A stretch of 64,000 nucleotides of DNA from Pelomyxa schiedti (Eukaryota; Protista; Evosea): contig JAHLWZ010000123.1 in assembly GCA_020536535.1 (NCBI GenBank), positions 71,638 to 135,637 on the forward strand, in the 5' to 3' direction. The notes under the pieces are model-generated. The model ran no database searches. It was not told the origin of the DNA and saw only the letters and a list, made by a program, of their open reading frames with translations. This document shows positions 11,647-22,700 of this stretch, piece after piece; within the stretch, counting starts at the first letter, position 1; each line of letters begins with the position of its first letter. The position numbers were made by a program, and so were the translations under genes.

Positions 11647-14600
11647 ATGTCGGACACAAAAACCGCCGAGCCTCCATTGTCGCTGCCAGAGCCGCCCAAG
11701 TGCATAGTCTGCGGAAGCGCAGCGCGTAGCCTTTTCCTGCGGGCACGCGGCGTGCCCCCCCTGCGTCGTGGCGGCCGTCACTCGCCGCATCTCCGCACCT
11801 GTCTCCCTAGTAGTAGGGAGCACCGCCGTCGCGCTGGCCCCCTCTGGGATGCCAGGCACCACGGCCACGGCCAAGGCCACAGCCGCAGCCTCAGCCTCAG
11901 CCTCGGCCGCGGCGCAACCCACCGGGGGCACAGCGGCGGCCAGCGCAGGGGCGGCCGGTACGGAGAAGGGGAAGGGGAAGGAGAAGGGGCAGAAGGAGCC
12001 GGGGAGGGCGCCGGTGGGCTGCCCCAAGTGCGGGGCGCGGCTGCCCAGCGAGGCGGCGGAGCAGGTGGTGATGGAGGGGTTCTGCCTGGGCGACATAGTG
12101 ACGAAGTACGAGGCGGCGGTCGGCGAGTGGCAGGCAGCCAGGACGGGAATGGACCAGCGCAGGGAGCAGGGCCAGCAGGCACAAAGTCGGCTGTGTGAGG
12201 ACTGCTCTGAGAGTTCACCTTCCCCGGCTGCCTGGTTCTGTCGGTATAAGCTGCTCCCACTTAGGAAACATTATATGTTTTTAATTTCGTTGAACTTACC
12301 TGTATGATAGAGATTGTGTGCTGCACCTTTGTGAAAAAGATAAAGACCGTCTGCATCTTGGTGCACGTATGAAGAAACACGAAGTAACAGCCGTTTCTCA
12401 GAATCAGAGATCTTCATCAAGTACCTTCTGTTACCAGCACACTACAAGACCATGTGAGTTCTATTGCCCAGAGGAAAATCTTCTCTTATGTATACACTGT
12501 GCGTTTGATCACATTGGGCACCACTGTAAGTCCATAGAAGAAATGGTTAAGAACACAAAAAACCAGTTGAATGTCGCACGCAGTTGCTTGGTAGCACAGT
12601 GCAGCAGATGTGAGGACCTCCTTGGAGCTCTGAAGGATCAACATCTCCTACTTAGTGCCGATCAGCAAAGTGTGGCTAAAAGTGTGATTGACCATAAAAA
12701 GGCTATATCTTCCCTTCTGGAGAAGCGGGCCCGTGTACTTGTAACTCAGTCTTTGCCAGAGGCCTTCGCACCAGATTTCCTTCACATTCAAGAAGCCATT
12801 CTTGGTCTGACCTTTGTAGTGGATGGTGCAAGAAAAGGCTTATCAGAGTACGATGACTTAATGGAATCTATGACCGGCGAGACCAGCATTGTGAATAGGG
12901 TAGCTCTTTCAAACCACCTTCATAAGCTATCTTCTATGCTTCCAAAAGAATTACCTTTGGTGGGGCCTAAGTGGCGACAACGTACATGGGCTTTCTTCCC
13001 ATCTTCTAGGTTTTTTACCAAAGGCAACCCTTCTACATGTGTATCCGAGTACGGAAAGTTTCTATCCATTGTACCATCAGAACAAGCTCCTGGAAGACAG
13101 GCTGACACTGCCGCGTCAAATACAGGATCGACTATACAAACACTTCTGCTTACTCCTGAGTCACATTTTATACCTTACCCAGAGTGTTATTTCTGCAAAC
13201 ACCACAAAGACCAGCTAATAAATTGCTTGTGTGTGGACTGCCAGTGCTGTGTGCATTCACTGCGCTCATTCCGGCAAGCATAAAACTCACAGAACCGCCG
13301 ACCTTGATGAGGTCGTGACCACAAAGTGCTGTGAATTGGAGACACTTCAAAAAAAGCTTACTGAGCAATTGAAGTGTTTGCTTAGTAGAAGGGAATCCTT
13401 GGAGCAGGCCTTCCCTAAATTGCATAATACTTTTTTCTCCAGACAGAGGCAGCTAGCCGAAGGCATTGAGAACTATATAGGCGTTCTTCAGCAGCACGAG
13501 TTACAGGAGCACCAGAACTTGATGGAAGGTTTCCTCAACAAGTATAAGCTCCTAAATGAGTGTTTAAAGGCAAATCTTGTCGCAATTGAGCACACAAACC
13601 TTGGCGAGTCCATGGCCTTGCAGCTTTTAAAAATACTTCAAGAACGCCCGGAGGAAAAATTGCGATTTCACGAGGCGTGCATGGCCAACTGGACGTCACT
13701 TGTAGAGTTATCACAGTCGGAATTGCCGGATATCTCTCTTATACGTGACCTAGACTTACCCGTTCCTCAGCCTGTAGAGAGGTGGTTAGAGGCGACTTCA
13801 AAGGAAAGAGACCTGCACCACTCTGGGAAATCACCTACAGAACTGCGCGACATAGAATTGGATGTTGTCAAAACCAAGCTAGCAACTGTCCAAGATGAAC
13901 TAGGAAAAACAACTCGCTTATTGGAGGTAGAGAAAGGAAGGTCACACCAGAAAGAAGCTGAAGTGATGGCGTTGAAGGCGGACGTGGTACATGCCCGGAC
14001 TGAACTGGAAAAAGCTAGTCGCTTATTGGAGGCTGAGAAAGTCAAATCGGGGAAACTTTTGAAGGAGGAAATTGAGAAAGCGAAGTTAAAGGTGGCCATG
14101 ATCAGGAGCCCCTCGCTCCCGAAGAGAACACTCCAACCTAGAATAGAACCTAGAAGCAATTTGAGTTTACTGGTATATATGAGAGGTTCACACTTCCTGC
14201 TCAATTGGTACTTGGCACTCTCGTAATGGAAGCTTTTGGTGCTCAGGGTGGAGCAAATTACAAAGGCGTTATGGGTGGCAGAGGGGCCAGAATGAAAGGT
14301 ACATTTGCAAATGTCACACCGAACCAGATACTTGTGATACTTGTTGGCGAACAGGGACACAAGTCTGGTGCAGGCTCTTCCTCTGGTGGTGGAGGCACCT
14401 TTGTAGTACAAGTACAACTGGCAACATCGCAACACCAAATGTTTGACGGCACATATGTCCTGCCTCTGCTTGTGGCAGTCGGTGGTGGTGGCGTTGGATT
14501 CTCAGGTGACCAGATTGGTATGGGAGGCACAGTGGAGAAGGATGGCACCAAAGATAACCGCGGTTTTGGCAAACCCGGCACAGGTGCTGACGGCGGAATA

Positions 14601-14963
14601 TCCGGCAGTGTGGACAATTCCGGCGGCGGCGGAGGAGGAGCTGGGTTTGTGGGAGATGGGCAACCAAGGCAAAAGAACTCGGGTTACCCCGGCCAGTCAT
14701 TCCTGCACGGCGGCCTTGGTGGCAACTCTAGCGAGTCGAAGTCCAGGGGTGGATTTGGAGGCGGCGGCGGTAACCAGGAGTTGGGTGGTGGCGGCGGCGG
14801 CGGGGGTGGCTACTCTGGGGGTTCAGGAGGACAGTTTGTGCCTACTGTCTTTGGTGGTGGCGGCGGCGGTGGCTCATATAACACGGGAGAGCAGCAGTCT
14901 AATTCTGGTGATGCACGAGAAGGAAACGGAATGGTGGTACTACAATGGCAGGAGTATATTTAA
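11647..14963 (+). CDS. TRIM-like RING/B-box/coiled-coil protein with extra B-box/coiled-coil and C-terminal ALK/LTK-type glycine-rich domain; two frameshifts (pseudogene or assembly error)
   Basis: RING CIVC..CGHAACPPC..CPKC; B-box1 CEDC..WFC..LCEKD..H..H; B-box2 CYQH..CPEE..CIHC..H; further B-box CKHH..CVDC..CIHC..H..H; Gly-rich domain FEFTG..EAFGAQGG..GGRGA..ILVGEQG..GGGGTFV..GNGMVVL. Frame changes at about 11725 and about 13252. Confidence 0.75.
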
Positions 14964-15192
14964 CAGCATTCTCCTTGGTGGAATTTAAGTGTTATCTATT
15001 CTGTTCGTAAACAAAATACCTCTTTATCCATGCCCCATAATGAAAAAAAAAAAAAATCCTTTCTCTTTGCCAGGGGACCCTTTCCCTGTTCTCCGACAAG
15101 TATCACGAGAACCTAGGTATAGGACAACAAAAAGTACTGATTCTCATTGCGTGCCAAGGGAGCAAAATTGTACCGGTGCCAATCTCAATCTA

Positions 15193-17002
15193 ATGGCAAC
15201 CAACTTGGGCGCGGCCGGTGGTGTTTATGAGTTTGTGAAGTCTGCGATACCGTGGGTGTCACGCGACGTCTTCGATGACATCTACAGCTCTCTGTGGGTT
15301 TACGTCCTCCTCGAGTTTCTTTGTTCTTTCCTGCCTCATCATGCCTTTTTTTTTTTCTTTTTTGCCAACGTGTGTAGACCACCAGGAAAGAGGGATGTGG
15401 AGCACGTCACGTCGTTTCTATTGGACGACTCGCCGGTCTCCGTTGTGCCAACAAGCGACGCACGTCCTTATACTGCCACGACACCTCTGTCTGCACTGTC
15501 TGAGCCTCGCACACGCACGGAGCCAGCGCCGCCCATTGCTTCTTTGTCCACGGGGAGCACGCCACGGCTCAGTCCCAGCTCGCCCGATGAAAATGTTGTT
15601 GTATCTACTGCACATGCCTCCACAGCATCGAATTCGAATGCTGCTCACTTGACCTCACCACCTCTTGAGACTACTCCCACCTGTTCTTCTGCACTTTCGC
15701 TTCCCACTTCCACCAATGATGGTGGTTCGTGTGAAACTCGTTCTACTTCAACTGCAACTTCGACTTCCACCTCGGCTTCCACTTCCACCAATGATGGTGG
15801 TTCGTGTGAAACTCGTACTACTTCAACTGCACTAAGTGGAATCGGTGATAGTGCCCGAGCAACAGCGCAACAAGATTCTGTTTTTGATGTGGACAGTTAT
15901 GATGGAGCCGCTTTGGAGATGCTATCTGTTGCTCCCCCTGCCATTGCCGATGATTCCGCCACTGATGTGAAGAGTCCATCCAGTGACTCACACCATCAAG
16001 CTACGGAACAAAATCAAGCATTAATGTCACTCCAGTTAGCTGATATTCGAAGAACTCAACACGATAAATGGGCTGCACGTAAATCAATACAACCATATAG
16101 CAAAAGACCTTCAGCAGGAGGTCCCTGCGCTCCAAATCAGGCACAAAGACAATCGTATTTCTTAATCACCTAGAACCTTCACACGATTTAACTTGTAGTA
16201 GTAGCCCAGGCATTGTTGGAGTTGGTGGTGATCTATCTCTCTGGAATCAACTCAAATCTATAAGAGAGGACAAGAACCGGCAATGGAGACAGACAAAGTG
16301 AGTTGCTATTAACTAAAACCTTTTTGTGTTCATTGAGATTTAGATTTTCACAACATCGAGTTTGGACAATTTCTGATCTGCCTAGAGATGAAGAAATTCC
16401 TCCAGGCACTTCTGATGCACCTCAACGTCGTACTGGTGTTGAATCGCTCCAGACTTTTGCTGATCCTCTGTACATTGGAAGAGTTGATTCCCACTGTTGC
16501 AGCAGCGTAATAATGTAGGGGAGGTCACTTGCTCAATACTATATAGGAAGCTTTGGAACTGACAAATGAGTTTCGGAAAACACAGCATCTTCCTCCCCTT
16601 GCATGGAATCAGAAATTGTGCAATATTGGTGTTCAGCACAGCAAAAGTATTGCCACTGCTATCTCAACTTCCTATTCACTTGTATTGTAAGACATGGCAG
16701 AAAAGCGAGTCCCTTTTGGACATCAAGGATTTGAGGATAGGACCAAGCAATTTGGATTTCCTTATCGCTCTGCGGCTGAGAATGTGGCAATGAATCATGG
16801 ATTTTCTGATGTGGCTAAGGTAAAACATTCAAATGAGTAAGACAATTCATGGTATTATTTTTAGGTTGCTGTTGATGGGTGGATAACATCTCCCGGGCAT
16901 CGCCGCAATCTTGTTGGTCACTTTAATGTGTGTGGTATTGGTGTCTACCAAAGCAGCAATGGCAGGTGGTACCTCACGCAGCTCTTTGCTGGTGGGAGGT
17001 GA
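15193..17002 (+). CDS. CAP/SCP (bacterial YkwD-type) domain protein with N-terminal CUE/UBA-like segment and Ser/Thr-rich linker
   Basis: Spliced C-terminus ALELTNEFRKTQHLPPLAWNQKLC..HSK|NMA..FGHQGF..AAENVA..VDGWITSPGHRRNL..CGIGV..YLTQLF*. N-terminus FVKSAIPWVSRDVF..DVEHVTSFLL is CUE-like. The CAP exons are not in the ORF track. Confidence 0.8.
15704..15831 (+). repeat. Intragenic direct repeat, 2 x 53 bp, 75-bp period, one mismatch
   Basis: ccacttccaccaatgatggtggttcgtgtgaaactcgt(t/a)ctacttcaactgca at 15704-15756 and 15779-15831, encoding TSTNDGGSCETR(S/T)TST twice. Confidence 0.9.
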
Positions 17003-17115
17003 TACAGCAGTCAGTACCCAACCGAAAAAATAATAACAAGAAAAAAGTCTTTGGCATGCTGTGGTCTTTCTACACATATACACAGAGGCATAGACACACA
17101 ACTCACCTCCCAAGG

Positions 17116-17724
17116 TCAACAAGAGTGAGCACCCAAAAGGTCACAAATTGTATCAACCACCACATCCGCAGTGCTACTAGTGTTGTCCACAACCACCACG
17201 TCCTCCTGCACCTCCAGTATGCCCAACTGCGAATCCAGCAACGAAGCCGGCATGAAATGTACCTCACCTCCACTCCCACTCCCGCTCTCGCTCCCGCTCC
17301 CGTTCGCAACCCTTCTCTCGACCCTCCTCCTCAACACATCCACACTCACATTCAGCATCACGAACCTCACTCCATCATCGCCCCCAACACCACCAATTCC
17401 GGCCGATTCCCTCAACGCATCCCTGTAGCTCCTCTTGAGTGCACTGCAAGCAACAACCAAACCCGGGGAATCACCTTCACCGCCGCCACTGCCACCACCA
17501 CTGCATGCGGCAGATAGGGCGAGGCCAATGCGGGCCAGCCAAGGAGCCCTGTCCTCGTCTGTGAGCGGATGCCCCGACCTCATTTTGGCCACGTTGGACT
17601 CTGGGTGCAGCGAGTCGCCGTCCACGAAGCGGCACCCAAGCCTCGTGGCCAGCAGCGCCCCGATCGTGGATTTCCCGCTGCCGCTCACTCCACAAACCAC
17701 AATCCGGTGACGATGAGGCATCAT
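17116..17724 (-). CDS. IDNK: Gluconokinase (GntK/IdnK family), intronless
   Basis: P-loop GVSGSGKST, VDGDSLHPESNVAKMRSGHPLTDEDRAPWL, VVACSALKRSYRDAL, HFMPASLLDSQL. Confidence 0.93.
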   Translation of the reverse strand: MMPHRHRIVVCGVSGSGKSTIGALLATRLGCRFVDGDSLHPESNVAKMRSGHPLTDEDRAPWLARIGLALSAACSGGGSGGGEGDSPGLVVACSALKRSYRDALRESAGIGGVGGDDGVRFVMLNVSVDVLRRRVERRVANGSGSESGSGSGGEVHFMPASLLDSQLGILEVQEDVVVVDNTSSTADVVVDTICDLLGAHSC

Positions 17725-17841
17725 GTGTTACGGAAGGGAGGGAATTTGCTTGAATCGTTTGTTACTCGAATTTCTTTTTTACTTTACTTTTTGTCTATTA
17801 TACACGGCGTATGTGGTTGGTAGGGGGTGGGGCTTCCCGCT

Positions 17842-19390
17842 CTAATTAGCACCCATCCAGTAGCATCGGGCAGTAAATGCAACTGGGAGGGCGAGCCACA
17901 CGGAGGCAAGAGCAACCATTATGGAAGTAAGGAGGCCGCAAATGGAGGCTTTTTTGCTGTAGCGGCGGCTAATGAGTATAGAGAACATAACTATGCCAAC
18001 CAGGCCACCGGGTATCATCATGCTCCAGATGCATATTGCGGTTACCCAGCCGGCACAGCCGTCAGAGATTGTGTAGAAGCACATTGCGATGCAGGGGATG
18101 GTCACAATAGCTTGCACAATCCATCCAGAAATGAACATTGCTTTCGAGTTATGATAAGGAACCTTGTTCACACTGAGTCGCGTTTAAGTCAAGAAAGATG
18201 TCATACCCCCAGTTTTGGAAGTGGAATGACAGTCGATGTGCACAAGTTTAATACCGCATTCCTCATCTTCACGATGGCAATTATGCTGAGCACCAAATAA
18301 ACCACCTGAAAAGCTTCCCATCCAACCCAGGTCATTCCCCAAACCCAAGTCTCTTCCATAGGAATCATGAAACCGAACATGGCTATATTGCACACAAATC
18401 CGAGAAGGCCAAAGGCAAGAATACTATCTGGTGAAATGTAAGTGCGGAAGCAAAATGTGGATGCAACATACTATTCCAATCTTCATTGGCAAGCAGGAAT
18501 GGAAGTCGATTATTGAAAGAAAATATGAGGATGGAGAACAACAGTGTAAATATTGCAAGAATGCCGAACATCCACCAACACAATGTCAAAACCTAGGACA
18601 AGTTAGTATACTATGTAAACCGCAGTAGGATACTCACAGAAACTACAGTGTTGAGGAGCAACAGCACAACCAACTTGACGGCGAAGTTATTCCGATGCAC
18701 GTCGTTCTGAACCAGTGTTCGAAGAAGATGAGAATCTGAATACCCGCTTTCGATGTAGTCCCCAACTGTGGCTGTTTGTGGAGCAGCAGGAGCACCTGGC
18801 TTTCGAGCAGCTAGAAGGTAGCACCCCAAAGCAAATGAAGCACGGCTGAGACCTTTCTCGTTGCACCCCGTCCACGTTCTGCTTGCCATGTTGGCAGCAC
18901 AGCACTGTTGTTCGCCCATCATTGAGCAGTGAGACCACATACTGCCGCTGCATTTAGAAAAAACCATTCTCTCCACCTCGTCGAGGAAGAAAGCCTCGTC
19001 GCCATACTGTGCCCAGACCGCTCGAGCAGAGTCAAGCCTGGCGAGTTCTGGTCGCCCGCCCAGCTTTGGCAGGCCATCAAAAACGGTATCACAGTGGCGA
19101 GCGAAATCTTGCGGCACAATGCCAAGGTACCCGGGCTCGATTGGTTTCCCGTCAGGAGTGGGCATTGCGGGCATTGCTGTAAGTGGCGCCATTTGTTGCA
19201 TCGGCGCGACTTGCACTTGGGCCATCGGGTTCATTCCAGGTTGCACCATTATGAGCGGTTGTTGATTTTGTTGCGGCATCTGGGCGAACATCTGCGTGTT
19301 GGGTACGATGATCGCACCAGCGGGGATCTGGCTTGGATCTTGGGCATAGTATATGATCTGGGGCTGTTGTTGCGGTTGTGCCTCGAGCAT
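17842..19390 (-). CDS. Polytopic membrane protein of unknown function with Gln/Pro/Met-rich N-terminus
   Basis: ORFs 18611-19390, 18383-18589, 18201-18395 and 17842-18171 are joinable by short GT-AG introns and give about 6-8 hydrophobic segments; no family recognised. Confidence 0.65.
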
Positions 19391-19789
19391 TTTTATTTAT
19401 TTTTTTTTTGTTTTACAACGTGCTTTGCTGTTTGTTCGTTACGCTTTGTTTTTAATTAAATTAATGATTGGATTTTCGTTGTTTCCTTAAAAAAAATTAA
19501 TTTCCCAAGCCTTCGCAGTAGCCCCGTGTGACTTTTTCTGGGGATAACAGAAATTGGCTGGGCCGTAATTTTGACGGCACGTCAAAGATCAAATCTCTTA
19601 GTCCCGCGGCGTGCTGAGCCATTCTTGGGAACCCAAGGATGCCATAAGAGAACAACTCCAGATCCTGGTACTACTCTTCTACCCCCAGATTCTGAACAAA
19701 TTCACAAAAGTGTGCCTCTGTGAACGAACGTCGGTTGGTTTGTCAAAACGACCAAAGCAATAACAAAAAACACCCAAGGTCGAACCGTC

Positions 19790-22700
19790 ATGAAGAAGGG
19801 GTCTGCAAGATCTACGGCGTTGTCGGCAGATCTTGGGGCAAAGGCTGAGGAGGTTGTGGTGTGCCGGTGTTTCTGGTTTAAGATCGACAAGGAGTCGTTG
19901 TCGTCGGCACAATCACAAGCGGCATCAGCTCATCCTGATGTCAAAGTATTGACTGTTCGCGATTTCACAAAGGTTTCTCCAAGTTTTTTTTTGTTTGTTT
20001 CTCCCGAGAAGTGACTGTACGCTCAGGCTGATGTCATTGTGAGGGGGCAAGGAAAGATACCTGCTTTCATGAGCACACGAGTTTCTACAACTTGTACTGC
20101 GTCAGACCTGAGCTCGTTTTTATCACAATTTGTGAAAGAAAAACAGCAGGAGAAGCTACGAAGGCAGCAGGAACTAGCTGCAAAGCAGGCATCTGCAAAA
20201 GGCACCGCTATTGTGCCTCCTGAGGTGGTTGTACTGTCTGAGTCTACGGGCCCGACACCACCTCCATCTCCAACGGTAAATATGTTGCTGCCAGATAAAG
20301 CTGTGTGTGGTGACTCCGCTAAAAGCTTAAACTGTTGTATGATAGCAATTTTTGGAAGCCACTTCAATGTGTCAGAGAGCTCTGGCATTATTATACGGTT
20401 TGGTGATAATGTGTTCCCAACCAGAATTGAGGTTCACTCGTCAACTTCAGTTGTGGCAACACTACCCCCTCTCGTGCATGTGCCTCCTGGGGATGTACAA
20501 GTGAGTGCTTCAAATGATGGTACAAAGATTCCCAGTTAGAATACAAATCATAACAAAAAAAAGGTGGCAAACATTTTGGAATTTCGTGCACCTTCACCTT
20601 TTACAGTCCCACAGTGGAGCGCGGTCTTTCAACTGCACAGGAGGAACAAAATTTGGAGGCTAAGTTGGCAACCCTCAGAAGGTCTTATGGTGATGTTATT
20701 TTGAGCTGAGAAGTCTAAACAAAGACTTAGGAGTATCCAGCAACTTGAAGTAGCCATGGTCAATGTAAGAAATTTAGAGGCAGAAATAATTGGCAGTGTG
20801 AAAAAGCCTCTGTCCATTACGGGAAGACAACCTTTAATGATCACTCAACCCGAGGTAAAAAAGGAACGAAATTATCAGTATTTCTCACCTTCACAGCCTC
20901 AGGCTCCCATACCAACTTTCGCACCACAGATAGAGAGCAGAGTACTTCAACCAAAAGTTGATCGTGAGCTGAAGATTTTTATCTCTTCCACGTTCCGAGA
21001 TATGGATGCAGAGAGAAATCTTATTGGTGAGGCTCGAAACCTTTTTATTTTTGAATAACAACCGACTTCCTTCAGTTAAGCAAGTCTTTCCCCGATTGAA
21101 ACAGATATGCATGGAGCGCGATGTTTGTCTAACTTATGTGGATCTACGTTGGGGATTAACTGGTATATTTTTGTATCTGTTTTTGGAATGCATCTCATAG
21201 TTATATAGGTACTGCCTCTGATAATGCCGCGACGCTATTATTGTGCCTCCGTGAATTGAGCCAGTGCAACGTTTTCGTGGGCATGTATGGAGAAAGGTAA
21301 TCTACCCGTTGTAATCAAGTAAGTTAGTGATTAATCATCCAGATATGGGTGGTGTCTTTCTGATGATTTCTATCGTAATCCGACGCAACAGGATGACCTT
21401 CTTAAGGTAAGAATTGATTCTAGGTTTTTCCTTCTTAGGTTTCTATTAACGATATTCAGCGGTCATTTGACGTGGCAGCAAAAGAATTCCCATGGGTGCA
21501 ACAACTTGTGGACCGCAGTGTCACTGAACTTGAATGGAGGATGGTAAATTGTCCTACTCTACAGTTTAGTTTTAATTGTTTGGCAGGTACTTGAGAGAAA
21601 AACTAAAGGGGATGTTGCTTCTTTCTTTTTCCTCAGGGACCCGTATTACATTCAATCTGACGTTCCTGGTATCGATTGAACCTACAGTGACTCGCGATCC
21701 TACAATTCACTTTTCTATGTAGAGTCTGAGAGATATCTATACAAATCGGAGGGCCCAAGCCAAGAAAGCAAACTGTCTCAATTGAAAGTCACTGTAACTA
21801 AATCTGGACTTCCTTGTTCAGCTTATAACCGTCCTTCACATCTCGTGGACCTCATGTAGTGGACTTTTAGTCCCTATCTTCCTTACAATATTGTAAGGTA
21901 TGAGCAACTCCAGGACTACTTGAATAAGCTGTACCCAGAGGGTTCTGTTTTGACACCATTAGAATGTGAAAGAGTTAGACATGGCTGGTACAGGTACTCA
22001 TTTAAGTTCTTGTTGTTCGTTTGTCCACTAAGAACTGAGCTAGTTCTACCCTTCGTCAAGTGTTTGTACCTCAAGATAAATATAATGCGGAGCTTGATTC
22101 CTTCGCATCCAGCAACACAGTGGTCGGGGTTTGCGCTGTAATTGGTTCCACGGGAATGGGAAAATCAGCGCTACTAGCGAATTGGATAGTGAGATACAAC
22201 CGACATCACCCTGAATTTCCGTGCGTGATTCATCACGTTGGAGCATCAGCTTCATCTACTTCTCATTGTCTGATGCTGAGGAGATGCTTAAATGTGTTGC
22301 CTATTACCTTTGCTGCCGTAACGCCTTAGTATTTTATAGGATCTTCTCTCCCAACTTGGGGATACAACCGACTCTATTCCGAAGGATGATGAATATATGA
22401 TAGCCAAATTGCCCCAAGTTATGCAGCAAATTGCCCAACGAAACAAGCGCTCCAAGATTATTTTGGTGCTAGAGGGCATAGATAAACTTGACGACACAGT
22501 AAGTCTGCGTAACCCATGCGCTACCAACGTATCTGCAGGATAATTCTTCAGACCTTCTCTGGCTTCCTAAAATTTTACCTCCCGAAATTCGTCTCATTGT
22601 ATCGACAACTCCTTCTAGCCCTTCTGGGATGGAGGTATCTGTTTGCACATAAACGATTTTCTTACAGTATTGCTACAGTTGAAAAAAAGAGATGCAGTCA

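Noticed and set aside
19500-19700. RNase MRP CR-V-like motif (minus strand CACACGGGGCTACT) and small hairpins
   Set aside because: The partner CR-I strand (GAAAGTCCCCG-like) is not found upstream; consistent with ordinary divergent promoter DNA.
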